Source of the DNA: Vicinamibacterales bacterium
GTDB lineage: Bacteria; Acidobacteriota; Vicinamibacteria; Vicinamibacterales; UBA8438
Reading direction: 5' to 3'
DNA: 64,000 nucleotides
Assembly: GCA_965200895.1 (NCBI GenBank)
Contig: CBDAVM010000002.1
Span: 542,315-606,314 of the forward strand
Of this stretch, positions 1 through 9,343 are shown piece after piece (the stretch's first letter is position 1; the number at the start of each line of letters is the position of its first letter). Below the pieces are notes generated by a model. The model was not told the origin of the DNA. It ran no database searches and saw only the letters and a program-made list of their open reading frames with translations. A program made the translations under genes and the position numbers.

Positions 1-108
1 TACCAGGACGATCCGGACGCCACACGCTGGGGGGGAAACAACGTGTACGACGTCTACACGAAGTCGCGGGGTACGGCCCTCGACGGCACGCGTTATCGGG
101 ACTGGTGA
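1..108 (+). CDS. 3' end of a GspG-like type II secretion pseudopilin (partial)
   Basis: Frame 1 reads YQDDPDATRWGGNNVYDVYTKSRGTALDGTRYRDW*, matching the C-terminus of the next gene (VYDVKSGSEGVALDGTAYADW). Confidence 0.75.
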   Translation, partial: YQDDPDATRWGGNNVYDVYTKSRGTALDGTRYRDW

Positions 109-112
109 CGCG

Positions 113-508
113 ATGCCGGGCTGGCGGTGTGCGCGGGGCTGGACGCTCATCGAGCTGACAATCGTGATCTCGCTCATCACGGTCCTGTCGACGATTGCTC
201 TCGTCGGTTACGGCAATGCCGTCACGCGTTCGCGCGAGGCGGTGCTCAAGGAGGACCTCTTCCGCATGCGCGACGCCATCGACCAGTACTACGCCGACCT
301 CGGCGAGTACCCGCCGGATCTCCACGCCCTGGTGAGCGCCGGGTACCTGCGTGCGATTCCGGAGGATCCGACGACCCGCTCGTCCGAGACGTGGATGGTC
401 GTGCCGGCGGAACCGGATCTGGCGGATCCCTTCGTCACGGGCGTCTACGACGTGAAGAGCGGATCGGAGGGAGTGGCCCTCGACGGCACGGCCTATGCCG
501 ACTGGTAG
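113..508 (+). CDS. Type II secretion pseudopilin, GspG-like
   Basis: Prepilin motif RG|WTLIEL with Glu+5, hydrophobic helix, AIDQYYAD..YP..L and IPEDP motifs. Confidence 0.85.
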   Translation: MPGWRCARGWTLIELTIVISLITVLSTIALVGYGNAVTRSREAVLKEDLFRMRDAIDQYYADLGEYPPDLHALVSAGYLRAIPEDPTTRSSETWMVVPAEPDLADPFVTGVYDVKSGSEGVALDGTAYADW

Positions 509-1241
509 GAACCCGGCAACGCTGCGCGGGCCGGTGCGGGGGCAGCAGGGTTTCGCGATGGCGGCCCTGCTGGTCAGCCTCGGCATCATGAGCGTCATGC
601 TGTCGGTGGCGCTTCCCGTCTGGAACCATGCGGCGCAGCGTGAGCGCGAGGCGGAGCTCATCTTCCGCGGCGAGCAGTATGCACGCGCCATCATGCTCTA
701 CCAGAGGCAGACCCCCGGGGCCTATCCGCCCGACGTCGAGACGCTGGTCGAGGGACGGTTCCTGCGCCGCGCCTACCGCGATCCGATGACCACGGACGGG
801 GAGTTCCGGTTCATCCTGCAGTCGGAGCTGGGTGAACTCGACGCGCCCGGCGCCGCCGGAGAAGCGGCGGACGACGCGCCCGGCGCCGCCGGAGACGGTC
901 CGCTGCGCCGCCGTCAGGGTGACGAGGCACGGGAGCGATCCGGATTCATGCAGGGAGTCAGGCCGTTCGGAGACCGGGACGACAACACATCCGGCGGCGT
1001 CGACGGCAACATCGCGGGCGTCGTGAGCCGCAGCGAGAATGCCTCGATCGCGCTGTACAACGGACGGTCGAGATACAGCGAGTGGATCTTCATCAACGTG
1101 GTCCCGGCGACCGGCCCGGCGGGTGGTGGACCGGGGCAGCCGCCACCGGGAATGTCGGACACTTTCGGTGGTCGGTCCGACAGCGGGCTCTCAGGTCGTT
1201 CGGGCGGCCTGCGCCGGCGTCCCGGCGACCGGACGCGATGA
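495..1241 (+). CDS. Type II secretion minor pseudopilin-like protein
   Basis: QQG|FAMAALLV prepilin-like N-terminus lacking Glu+5; REREAELIFRG and RRAYRDPMT motifs; overlaps the upstream pseudopilin. Confidence 0.75.
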   Translation: MPTGRNPATLRGPVRGQQGFAMAALLVSLGIMSVMLSVALPVWNHAAQREREAELIFRGEQYARAIMLYQRQTPGAYPPDVETLVEGRFLRRAYRDPMTTDGEFRFILQSELGELDAPGAAGEAADDAPGAAGDGPLRRRQGDEARERSGFMQGVRPFGDRDDNTSGGVDGNIAGVVSRSENASIALYNGRSRYSEWIFINVVPATGPAGGGPGQPPPGMSDTFGGRSDSGLSGRSGGLRRRPGDRTR

Positions 1242-1248
1242 GAGCGGG

Positions 1249-2991
1249 TCACGGGCGCGCACGCCGGGTGCGGGCCAGGTTCCGGATGAGCCAGGCGCCC
1301 GGCGTGGCGGCGCCGGCGAACAGGACGGCGGCGCCGACGACCGAACCGAACAGCACGGCGTGCGTAGCCGCCAGCGTCAGGTAGACGGCCGCGCAGCCTG
1401 CCGCCCAGCGCCGCAGCTCGGGCGCCAGCGGTGCCGGCGCGGGCCCGCCCGCGGCGGCGGCAACGTGTCTCCAGCCCGGGCCGGCGGGCCGGGTGCGCCG
1501 GTAGAAGCGGATCAGATGCGGCAACGGCTCGGCGCGCGCGGCCAGTGTGGCGGCGAGCCAGCACACCGTGGTCCAGGGCACCAGAAAGAGCAGCGAGTCC
1601 GGAAACGGAATGGTGGTGAAGAACCGCACGAACACGAAGCCGACGGCGGCGGCGGCCAGCGCCGCGAGCTCCGAGACCGCGGTGACCCGCCACCAGTACC
1701 AGCGCAGGATCAGCACGAGGCCGACTCCGGCGCCCGACTCGAGCACGAACTCCCAGGCCTGACGGACCGATTCGAGACCGAACGTGAGCGCTCCGCTCGC
1801 CGCCATCACGACGACGGTGGTCAGGCGGGAGGCGCGGACGAGATGCATCTGGCTGGCGTCCGGCCGCACGAACCGCCTGTACACGTCGTTGACCAGGTAC
1901 GACGTGCCCCAGTTGAGCTGTGTGGAGACGGTCGACATGTAGGCGGCGAAAAAGGCGCCGACGAGCAGGCCCCGCCACCCCGGCGGGAGGTGGTCGCGCA
2001 GGACGAGGACATAGCCCGCTTCGGGGTCGGCCAGATCCGGGTAGAGAACGAGTGCGGCGAGTGCGACCAGCACCCAGGGCCACGGGCGCAGGCAGTAGTG
2101 CGCCACCGTGAACCAGAGCGTCGCCAGCACCGCGTCACGTTCGTCGCGGGCCGACATCATGCGCTGCGCCACGTAGCCGCCACCGCCCGGCTCCTGGCCC
2201 GGATACCAGCTCGCCCACCACTGTATCCCCAGGTAGGCGACGAACGACACGACCGGCAGAGCCAGCACCGCGGCGGCGTCGGCGGGCTGGCTCGACGCCC
2301 CGACGGCCGGCCACAGCCGGAACGTCGAGTCTGGCAACGCGGTCCGCAGGCCGTCGATGCCGCCGACCCCCGGTGCGGCGAGCGCGTAGCCGGCGAGGAC
2401 AACGGCTCCGGCCATCGCGATCGCGAACTGCACGAGATCCGCCGCCACGACACCGCGGAAACCGGCCAGAGCGGCGTAACCGCCGGTGGCGGCCAGCCCC
2501 ACCAGCACCCCGGTCAGCCGTTCCCATCCGAGCGCGATCGACAGCACCTTGGCAAGGGCCAGATTCACCCAACCGATCACCAGACAGTTGACCGGCAGCC
2601 CGAGATAGAGCGCGCGGACCGCTCGCAGCGCGCTCGCGGCGCGGCCCGTGTAGCGCAGCTCCACGAACTCCACGTCGGTCAGGATGCCCGCGCGGCGCCA
2701 CAGCCGGGCGAAGAAGATGACGGTCAGCATGCTGCCAAGCGCCGCATTCCACCACAGCCAGTTGCCGGAGACGCCGCTGGCCGCCACGATGCCGGTGACG
2801 GCCAGCGGGGTGTCTGCAGCGAAGGTCGTCGCCACCATCGAGGTGCCCGCCAGCCACCACGGGAGATCACGGCCCGACAGGAAGAACTGGGAGAGGTTTC
2901 GTCCGGCCCCCCGGCCGTGGGCGATGCCGACCGCGACCGGCGTCGCGAGCACCAGCGCCAGCACCAACCAGTCGATCGGGGTCAGGACCAT
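1249..2991 (-). CDS. Sodium:solute symporter (SSS family)
   Basis: FFLSGRDLPWW, SMVATTFAADTPL, YVAQRMMSA and AAYMSTVSTQLN motifs; many TM segments. Confidence 0.9.
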   Translation of the reverse strand: MVLTPIDWLVLALVLATPVAVGIAHGRGAGRNLSQFFLSGRDLPWWLAGTSMVATTFAADTPLAVTGIVAASGVSGNWLWWNAALGSMLTVIFFARLWRRAGILTDVEFVELRYTGRAASALRAVRALYLGLPVNCLVIGWVNLALAKVLSIALGWERLTGVLVGLAATGGYAALAGFRGVVAADLVQFAIAMAGAVVLAGYALAAPGVGGIDGLRTALPDSTFRLWPAVGASSQPADAAAVLALPVVSFVAYLGIQWWASWYPGQEPGGGGYVAQRMMSARDERDAVLATLWFTVAHYCLRPWPWVLVALAALVLYPDLADPEAGYVLVLRDHLPPGWRGLLVGAFFAAYMSTVSTQLNWGTSYLVNDVYRRFVRPDASQMHLVRASRLTTVVVMAASGALTFGLESVRQAWEFVLESGAGVGLVLILRWYWWRVTAVSELAALAAAAVGFVFVRFFTTIPFPDSLLFLVPWTTVCWLAATLAARAEPLPHLIRFYRRTRPAGPGWRHVAAAAGGPAPAPLAPELRRWAAGCAAVYLTLAATHAVLFGSVVGAAVLFAGAATPGAWLIRNLARTRRARP

Positions 2992-2994
2992 CGT

Positions 2995-4047
2995 TCAGCG
3001 CGCCGCCATCACCGCGTCGTGGAACGCCGGTCGCAGGGCGAGTATCGCCTCGTTGGACCGGGAGGGGTGTACCCGGTTGGTCAATAGGACCATGTAGCGA
3101 TCGGCGGCCGGGTCGATCCAGAGCGATGTGCCCGTGAATCCGGTGTGTCCGACGGATTCCGGAGACAGCCGCGTACCGCACGACGAGGTCGGCAGCATGG
3201 TGTCCCAGCCGAGGGCGCGCGAGCTGCCGGGTACCGTCGTCCGCGTGCGGAACCGATCGAAGGTCGCTGTCGACGCCAGCCGCCCGTCCCCGCTGAAGCC
3301 GGTCAGGATGTCGCGGGCGAACCGGCCGACCGAGCCGACATCGCCGAAGAGTCCCGCGTGTCCCGCCGCTCCGCCCAGGGCCCAGGCGTTCTCGTCGTGC
3401 ACCTCGCCGATGAGCGTCCGACCGCGCCACCGATCCTGCTCGGTCGGCGCGGTCCGGGGGCGCCATCCCGGCGGCGGATGGAATCGGACGTTTCCCCAGC
3501 CGCGGATTGCCGCGACCTCGTCGAACTGGTCGGCGAGACCTGTCTTCGAGGGATGCCGGTCCGTGAGGATGAAGCCGAGCAGGATGAAGCCCAGATCGCT
3601 GTAGATCGAGCGGGTGCGCGGCGGATACTCCAGCGGCAGACGCGCGATGGCCGGCTCGAACTCCGCCCGCCCCACGTGGTCGCGGAAGAACGGCAGGTGC
3701 GCCGTCAGACCCGACGTGTGCTCCAGCAGGTCGCGCACCGTCACCATCTCCCGATCCGCCCCGCGCCACGTCCGCAGCGCCGCGGCGATCGGCAGATCGA
3801 GCCCGGTCAGACCGGCGTCGACGTGGCGCATCGCCAGGGTCGTGGTGGCCATGACCTTCGTCAGCGACGCCAGGTCGAAGATCGTCTCCTCGGTCGCGGG
3901 CGGGCTGCCGGCGTCGAACGTGAGCCGTCCCGTCGCATGCCGCCACCGGGGTCCCGAACGGCATCCGACCTCGGCCACCGCGGCCGGGCAGGCGCCGTCG
4001 GCGACCGCGTCGTCGAGGATCCGCGCCGGGGCGGCCGGACCGGTCAC
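2995..4047 (-). CDS. Serine hydrolase, beta-lactamase class C/AmiE-like
   Basis: C-terminal part of track ORF 2995..6465. Motifs FDLASLTK (SxxK), YSD, GHAGLF and HTGFTG. GTG start overlaps the upstream stop (GTGA 4047-4044). Confidence 0.85.
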   Translation of the reverse strand: MTGPAAPARILDDAVADGACPAAVAEVGCRSGPRWRHATGRLTFDAGSPPATEETIFDLASLTKVMATTTLAMRHVDAGLTGLDLPIAAALRTWRGADREMVTVRDLLEHTSGLTAHLPFFRDHVGRAEFEPAIARLPLEYPPRTRSIYSDLGFILLGFILTDRHPSKTGLADQFDEVAAIRGWGNVRFHPPPGWRPRTAPTEQDRWRGRTLIGEVHDENAWALGGAAGHAGLFGDVGSVGRFARDILTGFSGDGRLASTATFDRFRTRTTVPGSSRALGWDTMLPTSSCGTRLSPESVGHTGFTGTSLWIDPAADRYMVLLTNRVHPSRSNEAILALRPAFHDAVMAAR

Positions 4048-5534
4048 TGCACACCCCGCAGGCGCGCGGCGACCCAGCCGGCGCCGAGCGTGGCGGCCGC
4101 GCCGACCAGCACGTACCACTGCCACGACAGGTCGGTCCACAGACTCACGGCCGCGATCGTGACCAGACCGCCCGCGAGCCCGACGATCCCCACGCCCGGT
4201 GTCGGCCGGGAGATGAGCACGCTGGTCAGGAAGATGCCGAGCATCAGGCCGCCGCTGAAGAACTGTACCGCCAGCACGTCGTCGATGATCCGCTGCGACA
4301 TGCCGATGGCGGCGACCGCGACGCTCACCTGCACCGCAGCCCATGCCGCGGTGGCCCACCGCGACACGCGCAGAGCCTGAGTCTGGGAACGTGCGCGGCC
4401 GCCGCGGGCCAGATAGAAATCGGCCACGGTGGACGCCGCCGAGGAGTTCAGGGATGACGACAGGGTGGACATCGCGGCCGCCACGACCGCCGCCAGCACG
4501 AGTCCGCGAAGCCCCGGCGGCAGATGGGTCATCAGAAAGAGCGGAAAGACGCGATCGGGTTGCACGACGCCGCCGGCGGTGATCGTGGCCAGCGCCTGCG
4601 CCTCCCCCGTCCCGTAGAAGGACCAGAGCAGGACGCCGATGCCGAGAAACAGGGCGAACTGGAAGAAGACGAGGATCCCGCTGGCGATGAGCGCGAGGCG
4701 GGCGTCGGCCAGCGAACGGCTGCACAGGTACCGCTGCACGAACATCTGATCCGTGCCGTGCGTGGACGCGATGAAGACCGCCCCGCCGAGTGCGCCGGAC
4801 CAGAACGTGTAGTCGCTGCGCAGATCCCATGCGAAGTCGAGTACCCGCAGCTTGCCCGCCGCCGCCGCTGCCGCCCACGCCTCCTGCAGGCCGCCCGGAA
4901 GACCGGCGAGCAACGTGGCGACGGCAACGAGCGCGCCGCAGAGATAGACGGCGAGCTGGACCACGTCCATCCAGACCACGGCGGTCATGCCGCCGAGCCG
5001 GGTGTAGGCCAGCGTGACCGCGGCGATGATCAGGATGGCGACGATCACCACCGGCGTCTGCGGCAGGTTCCCGAGTCCGATCGTGCCGGCAACCGTTCCG
5101 AGCATGGCGGCCACGACGAGCGCGGTTGCAAACAGGCGCAGCCCATCGGCGACGTTGCGGGTCAGCAGGAAGACCACGGCCGCGCACTGGCCGAACGCCT
5201 GCCCGACCCGCGCCGAGAGCAACTGGTACGCGGAGAGGAGATCCCGGCTGAAGTACGCCGGCAGCAGCACCACGGCCACCAGAACGCGGCCGAACAGATA
5301 GCCCAGGGCGAGCTGGAGGAACGTCAGATCGCCGCCGAAGGCATAGCCGGGAACTCCGATGACGGTGATCGTGCTGGTCTCGGTCGCGACGATCGAGCCC
5401 ATGACGGCCCACCACGGGACACGTCTGCCGGTCAGATAATAGTCCCGCAGCGTCGACCGGCCGCGCGACAGCCGGCGTCCGCCCCAGACCGCCAGCACCA
5501 GGTAGCCGACGACCACCGTCAGGTCGACCAGCAT
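4044..5534 (-). CDS. Sodium:solute symporter (SSS family)
   Basis: YYLTGRRVPWW, SIVATETS, HGTDQMFVQRYL and AAMSTLSSSLN motifs. Confidence 0.9.
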   Translation of the reverse strand: MLVDLTVVVGYLVLAVWGGRRLSRGRSTLRDYYLTGRRVPWWAVMGSIVATETSTITVIGVPGYAFGGDLTFLQLALGYLFGRVLVAVVLLPAYFSRDLLSAYQLLSARVGQAFGQCAAVVFLLTRNVADGLRLFATALVVAAMLGTVAGTIGLGNLPQTPVVIVAILIIAAVTLAYTRLGGMTAVVWMDVVQLAVYLCGALVAVATLLAGLPGGLQEAWAAAAAAGKLRVLDFAWDLRSDYTFWSGALGGAVFIASTHGTDQMFVQRYLCSRSLADARLALIASGILVFFQFALFLGIGVLLWSFYGTGEAQALATITAGGVVQPDRVFPLFLMTHLPPGLRGLVLAAVVAAAMSTLSSSLNSSAASTVADFYLARGGRARSQTQALRVSRWATAAWAAVQVSVAVAAIGMSQRIIDDVLAVQFFSGGLMLGIFLTSVLISRPTPGVGIVGLAGGLVTIAAVSLWTDLSWQWYVLVGAAATLGAGWVAARLRGVQ

Positions 5535-5537
5535 CCG

Positions 5538-6476
5538 TCACCGCGGGTCGAACGCGTTGCGCAGTGGTCCGTCGGTCTCGTCGCCGATGGCGGTCCGCAC
5601 GGAGTCGTTCGCCCGCTTCAGGCGGCCGAGCGCTTCCGCATAGCCGACCTGCGCGTGCGCCATGACGATGGCGACCTTCACGTTCCAGCGCGCCTGCTTG
5701 AGCAGCGCACCCGCCTCCTCGTGGTCGAGCCCGGTCACCGTCGTGATGATGCGGCGCGCGCGGTCGCGCGCCTTCTCGGAACCGGCGTCGACATCGACCA
5801 TGAGGTTCCCATAGGTCTTGCCCAGATGCACCATGGCCACGGTGGTCAGCATGTTGAGCACCATCTTGGTCGCCGTGCCGGCCTTCAGACGGGTGGAGCC
5901 CGCGATGACCTCCGGTCCCACTGCGGGGGAGATGACGATGTCCACGAACGTCTGCAGCTCGGTTCCCGGCCAGCAGGTCACGAAGACGATCTTGACGCCG
6001 TTGCGGCGCGCGCGGGTCAGGGCGCCGCGGACGAACTGCGTCATCCCGCTCGCCGAGATGCCGACCACGACGTCCCTGCGTGTCGGACGCAGACGGGCGA
6101 CGGCGCGCGCGCCGTCCTCGAAATTGTCCTCGACCCCCGCCTGCGACCGGAAGAAGGCGGCCCTGCCTCCCGCCATGATCGCCTGTACCAGGTGTGCCGG
6201 GGTGCTGAACGTCGGTCCCATCTCCGCCGCCTCGAGAACGCCGAGCCGACCGCTCGTTCCCGCACCGACGAAAATCAGGCGTCCGCCCTTCTGGAGCGCT
6301 GCGGTAATGAGGTCCGAGGCGGTCGCGATCCGCGCCTTCTCGCGCGCCACCGCAGTGAGGAGCTTCCGATCCTCGCGCAGCATCAGGCCGATCATCTCCT
6401 CGGTGGATGCCCGGTCCATCGCCATGCTGGCGGGATTGATGGCCTCGGTCGGCAGGTCCTTCCACTTCGAGGACAT
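5538..6476 (-). CDS. murQ: N-acetylmuramic acid 6-phosphate etherase
   Basis: TEAINP, GAGTSGRLG, GISASG, GPEVIAGSTRLKAGTATKMVLN and GNLMVDV motifs; start placed at ATG 6476. Confidence 0.93.
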   Translation of the reverse strand: MSSKWKDLPTEAINPASMAMDRASTEEMIGLMLREDRKLLTAVAREKARIATASDLITAALQKGGRLIFVGAGTSGRLGVLEAAEMGPTFSTPAHLVQAIMAGGRAAFFRSQAGVEDNFEDGARAVARLRPTRRDVVVGISASGMTQFVRGALTRARRNGVKIVFVTCWPGTELQTFVDIVISPAVGPEVIAGSTRLKAGTATKMVLNMLTTVAMVHLGKTYGNLMVDVDAGSEKARDRARRIITTVTGLDHEEAGALLKQARWNVKVAIVMAHAQVGYAEALGRLKRANDSVRTAIGDETDGPLRNAFDPR

Positions 6477-6548
6477 GTGAAGCCTCAACCGTCGCCGTCC
6501 TGCGCGCGCTCGCGGCAGGACGCGGGACAGAGCCGGCCGGGGCGCCGG

Positions 6549-6578
6549 TTGACGGCTCCGAGAAGGACAGAGTATAAA
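6549..6578 (+). promoter_or_regulatory. Putative sigma70 promoter of the hom operon
   Basis: TTGACG (6549-6554), N18, TATAAA (6573-6578) in the divergent murQ/hom intergenic region. Confidence 0.55.
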
Positions 6579-6584
6579 GATCGA

Positions 6585-6698
6585 TTGTCTCGTGCCCAGC
6601 GAACCATCATGTGGAACGTCAACGCCATGCCGACCGGCTGCCCATCCACCATGGCCGACCGGACCGCGCCGCTCGACGCGCAATCGCGGAGCGGATGA
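6585..6698 (+). CDS. Candidate attenuator leader peptide (Thr/Met/Ile-containing)
   Basis: Starts at TTG 6585 or ATG 6609 and reads (L)SRAQRTIMWNVNAMPTGCPSTMADRTAPLDAQSRSG*. The stop codon lies inside the predicted antiterminator strand. Confidence 0.45.
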   Translation: MSRAQRTIMWNVNAMPTGCPSTMADRTAPLDAQSRSG

Positions 6699-6726
6699 CG
6701 CAGCCGGCACATTGTAGTGATCCCGG

Positions 6727-6761
6727 GGCCATCATCCGCAAGCAGGATGATGGCCTTTTTT
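6727..6761 (+). terminator. Intrinsic terminator/attenuator 20 nt upstream of hom
   Basis: Perfect 11-bp stem GGCCATCATCC / GGATGATGGCC with a 7-nt loop, followed by TTTTTT. Confidence 0.8.
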
Positions 6762-6780
6762 CTGAACGGCGGAGATTCCC

Positions 6781-8049
6781 TTGGTCAGAGTCGCCCTGGT
6801 CGGATTCGGAACGGTCGGGCGATCGGTGGCGCGCATCCTGTGCGCGGGAGGGCATCGCCCTCTGGTTCTCTCGCACGTCTGCAACCGGCGTGTCGAGCGC
6901 AAGGTCGTCGACTGGGTACCGCCGACCGTCACCTGGACGTCCGACTACGAAGACGTCCTGCGCTCCGACGCCGACGTCGTGGTCGAGGTCGTCGGCGGCC
7001 TCGAACCTGCCGGCGCCTGGATCCGCAGCGCGCTCGACGCCGGCAAGTCGGTGGTGACCGCGAACAAGCAGGTCATGGCCCACGCGGGAGCCGAGCTGCT
7101 GCAGGTTGCCGCCGACCGCGAGCGCCACCTGCTGTTCGAAGCGGCGGTCGCCGGAGGCATTCCCATCGTCCGGGCGGTGCGGGAAGGTCTGGCCGGCGAC
7201 CGGCTGCAGCGGGTGCTCGGGGTGCTGAACGGCACCTGCAACTACATGTTGACGCGGATGGAAGCCGACCACGTCTCGTTCGACGAGGCGCTGCGGGAAG
7301 CCCAGGAGCGCGGCTACGCGGAGGCGGACCCGACGGCGGACGTCGACGGCGGAGACGCGCAGGCCAAGCTGACGATTCTCTCGACAATCGGTCTCGGTCG
7401 ACGCATCGCCGCCGCGGCCATCCCGCTGCGGTCGATTCGGCCGGTCGAGCCGGTGGACTTCACCTACGCGCAGCGGCTCGGGTGCACGATACGCCAGGTG
7501 TCGCGGGCGGAGGCGATGGACGGCGGGCCGGACGTCACTGCCTCCGTTCAACCGATGCTGGTGCCGTTGACGTCGCCGCTCGCCCGCGCCGAGGGCAGCC
7601 AGAACGTGGTGATCGTCGACGGCGCCCATGGCGGCGAGACCGCGTTTCGCGGATTCGGCGCCGGCGGCGATCCGACTGCAGTGGCCGTCGTCTCCGACCT
7701 CGAGGCGATCGCACGAGCCGGCGTCACTGCACGCCGGTGCTGGCGCCATGTGGAGGATGCACGGGTGGAGGCCGAATTCGAGGCTTCCCACTATCTGCGC
7801 TTCGTCATCGTGGATCGGCCCGGTATCATTGCCTCGCTTGCCGCAGTCTTCCTGCGCCACGGATTGAATATCGACTCGGTACTGCAGGAGCCGGACTGGC
7901 CGAAATCGGCCCTGCCCTTCGTCGTGACCCTTGAGCCCTGCAGCTCCGGAGCCGTGCAGGCCGCGCTGTCGGAGATCGAGGCGTTCGACTTCCATGCGCG
8001 GCCGCCGGTCTGGATGCCGATTCTGCCACGCGGAGAACGCTGCCAATGA
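6781..8049 (+). CDS. hom: Homoserine dehydrogenase with C-terminal ACT domain
   Basis: GFGTVG, VVTANK, EAAVAGGIP, NGTCNY, GYAEADPTADVDG, GAGGDPTA and DRPGIIA (ACT) motifs; TTG start. Confidence 0.93.
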   Translation: MVRVALVGFGTVGRSVARILCAGGHRPLVLSHVCNRRVERKVVDWVPPTVTWTSDYEDVLRSDADVVVEVVGGLEPAGAWIRSALDAGKSVVTANKQVMAHAGAELLQVAADRERHLLFEAAVAGGIPIVRAVREGLAGDRLQRVLGVLNGTCNYMLTRMEADHVSFDEALREAQERGYAEADPTADVDGGDAQAKLTILSTIGLGRRIAAAAIPLRSIRPVEPVDFTYAQRLGCTIRQVSRAEAMDGGPDVTASVQPMLVPLTSPLARAEGSQNVVIVDGAHGGETAFRGFGAGGDPTAVAVVSDLEAIARAGVTARRCWRHVEDARVEAEFEASHYLRFVIVDRPGIIASLAAVFLRHGLNIDSVLQEPDWPKSALPFVVTLEPCSSGAVQAALSEIEAFDFHARPPVWMPILPRGERCQ

Positions 8050-9341
8050 GCCATCTCACCGGCCTTCAATGCTCCCTGTGTCGAACTCCTTTCCCGGCCG
8101 AGGCGCTCTACGTCTGCGACCAGTGCCTCGGGCCGCTCGAGGTGACCTACGACCGAGACGCCATCCGGCGCGCCGTCTCCCGCGAACTGATCGCCTCGCG
8201 CCCGACGAATCTCTGGCGCTACCGCGAGTTTCTGCCGATCGACGGCGAGCCGCGGACCGGGATGTCCTCCGGATTCACGCCGCTGGTGCGCGCGGACCGA
8301 CTGGCCGCCGAGCTCGGGATGCGCGAGCTCTACCTGAAGGACGACTCCGTCAATCATCCGACGCTGTCGTACAAGGACCGCGTAGTGCCGGTGGCCGCGA
8401 CGCGGGCCTGCGAGCTCGGATTCGACGTCTTCGGGTGTGCGTCGACCGGCAACCTCGCCAACAGCGTGGCCGCTCACGCGGCGCGGCTGGGCCTCACCTG
8501 CTACGTCTTCATTCCGCGGACGCTGGAGCCCGGCAAGATCCTGGGCTCCGCCGTCAGCGGCCCGCACGTGGTCGCCATCGACGGGAACTACGACGACGTC
8601 AACCGCCTCTGCACGCAGGTCGGCGATCGCTACGGGTGGGCGTTCGCGAACATCAACCTGCGGGCCTACTATGCGGAGGGGGCGAAGACGTACGGGTTCG
8701 AAATCGTCGAGCAGCTCGGCTGGCGATTTCCGCGCCACCTCGTCTGTCCCGTCGCCGGCGGCACGCTGCTGCCGCGCATCGGCCGCGGCTTCAACGATCT
8801 CGTCGACGCCGGTCTCGTGGACGGCGAGCCGCCCCGCATTCACGCTGCGCAGGCGGCCGGATGCGCGCCGGTCATCCATGCGCTCGACGAGGGGCTCGAC
8901 TATCCGGAGCCGGTCAGACCGGATACGCTCGCCAGGTCCATCGCCATCGGCAACCCCGCCGACGGGTTTCACGTGGTGCGGACGGTGCGCGAGTCCGGCG
9001 GCGGCGGCGCTGCGGCGACGGACGCGGAGATCATCGACGCCATCGGTCTTCTCGCCCGGACCGAGGGCATCTTCACCGAGCCGGCCGGCGGCACGACACT
9101 GGCGGTCACCCGCAAGCTCGTCGAGCAGGAGGTCATTCCCCGTGACGAGAGCACCGTGGTCTGCATCACGGGGAACGGCTACAAGACGGCGGACGTGATG
9201 GCGCCGTCACTTGCCACGCCCACCGCTCTCGGCCGCTCGCTCGCGGAGTTCGAGGCCTTCATGGCGGAACACCAACCGCCTGACGCGCGCTCCCGGCCGG
9301 CGGGCGCTGCAGCGGCGCACCATCAACCGGTGTCCGGCTGA
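8046..9341 (+). CDS. thrC: Threonine synthase
   Basis: N-terminal CxxC..CxxC, PTLSYKDR (PLP Lys), CASTGN and CITGNGYK; ATGA overlap with hom. Confidence 0.9.
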   Translation: MSHLTGLQCSLCRTPFPAEALYVCDQCLGPLEVTYDRDAIRRAVSRELIASRPTNLWRYREFLPIDGEPRTGMSSGFTPLVRADRLAAELGMRELYLKDDSVNHPTLSYKDRVVPVAATRACELGFDVFGCASTGNLANSVAAHAARLGLTCYVFIPRTLEPGKILGSAVSGPHVVAIDGNYDDVNRLCTQVGDRYGWAFANINLRAYYAEGAKTYGFEIVEQLGWRFPRHLVCPVAGGTLLPRIGRGFNDLVDAGLVDGEPPRIHAAQAAGCAPVIHALDEGLDYPEPVRPDTLARSIAIGNPADGFHVVRTVRESGGGGAAATDAEIIDAIGLLARTEGIFTEPAGGTTLAVTRKLVEQEVIPRDESTVVCITGNGYKTADVMAPSLATPTALGRSLAEFEAFMAEHQPPDARSRPAGAAAAHHQPVSG

Positions 9342-9343
9342 CG

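Noticed and set aside
840-895. Direct repeat encoding DAPGAAG twice
   Set aside because: Ordinary slippage in a low-complexity linker.
4048-6465. 1156-aa fusion ORF 2995..6465
   Set aside because: The upstream part is an alternate frame over murQ and the SSS gene; only 2995..4047 looks like a real protein.
6585-6780. SAM-I, lysine or T-box riboswitch before hom
   Set aside because: The conserved core motifs were not recognisable by eye; the leader-peptide model fits better, pending an Rfam scan.
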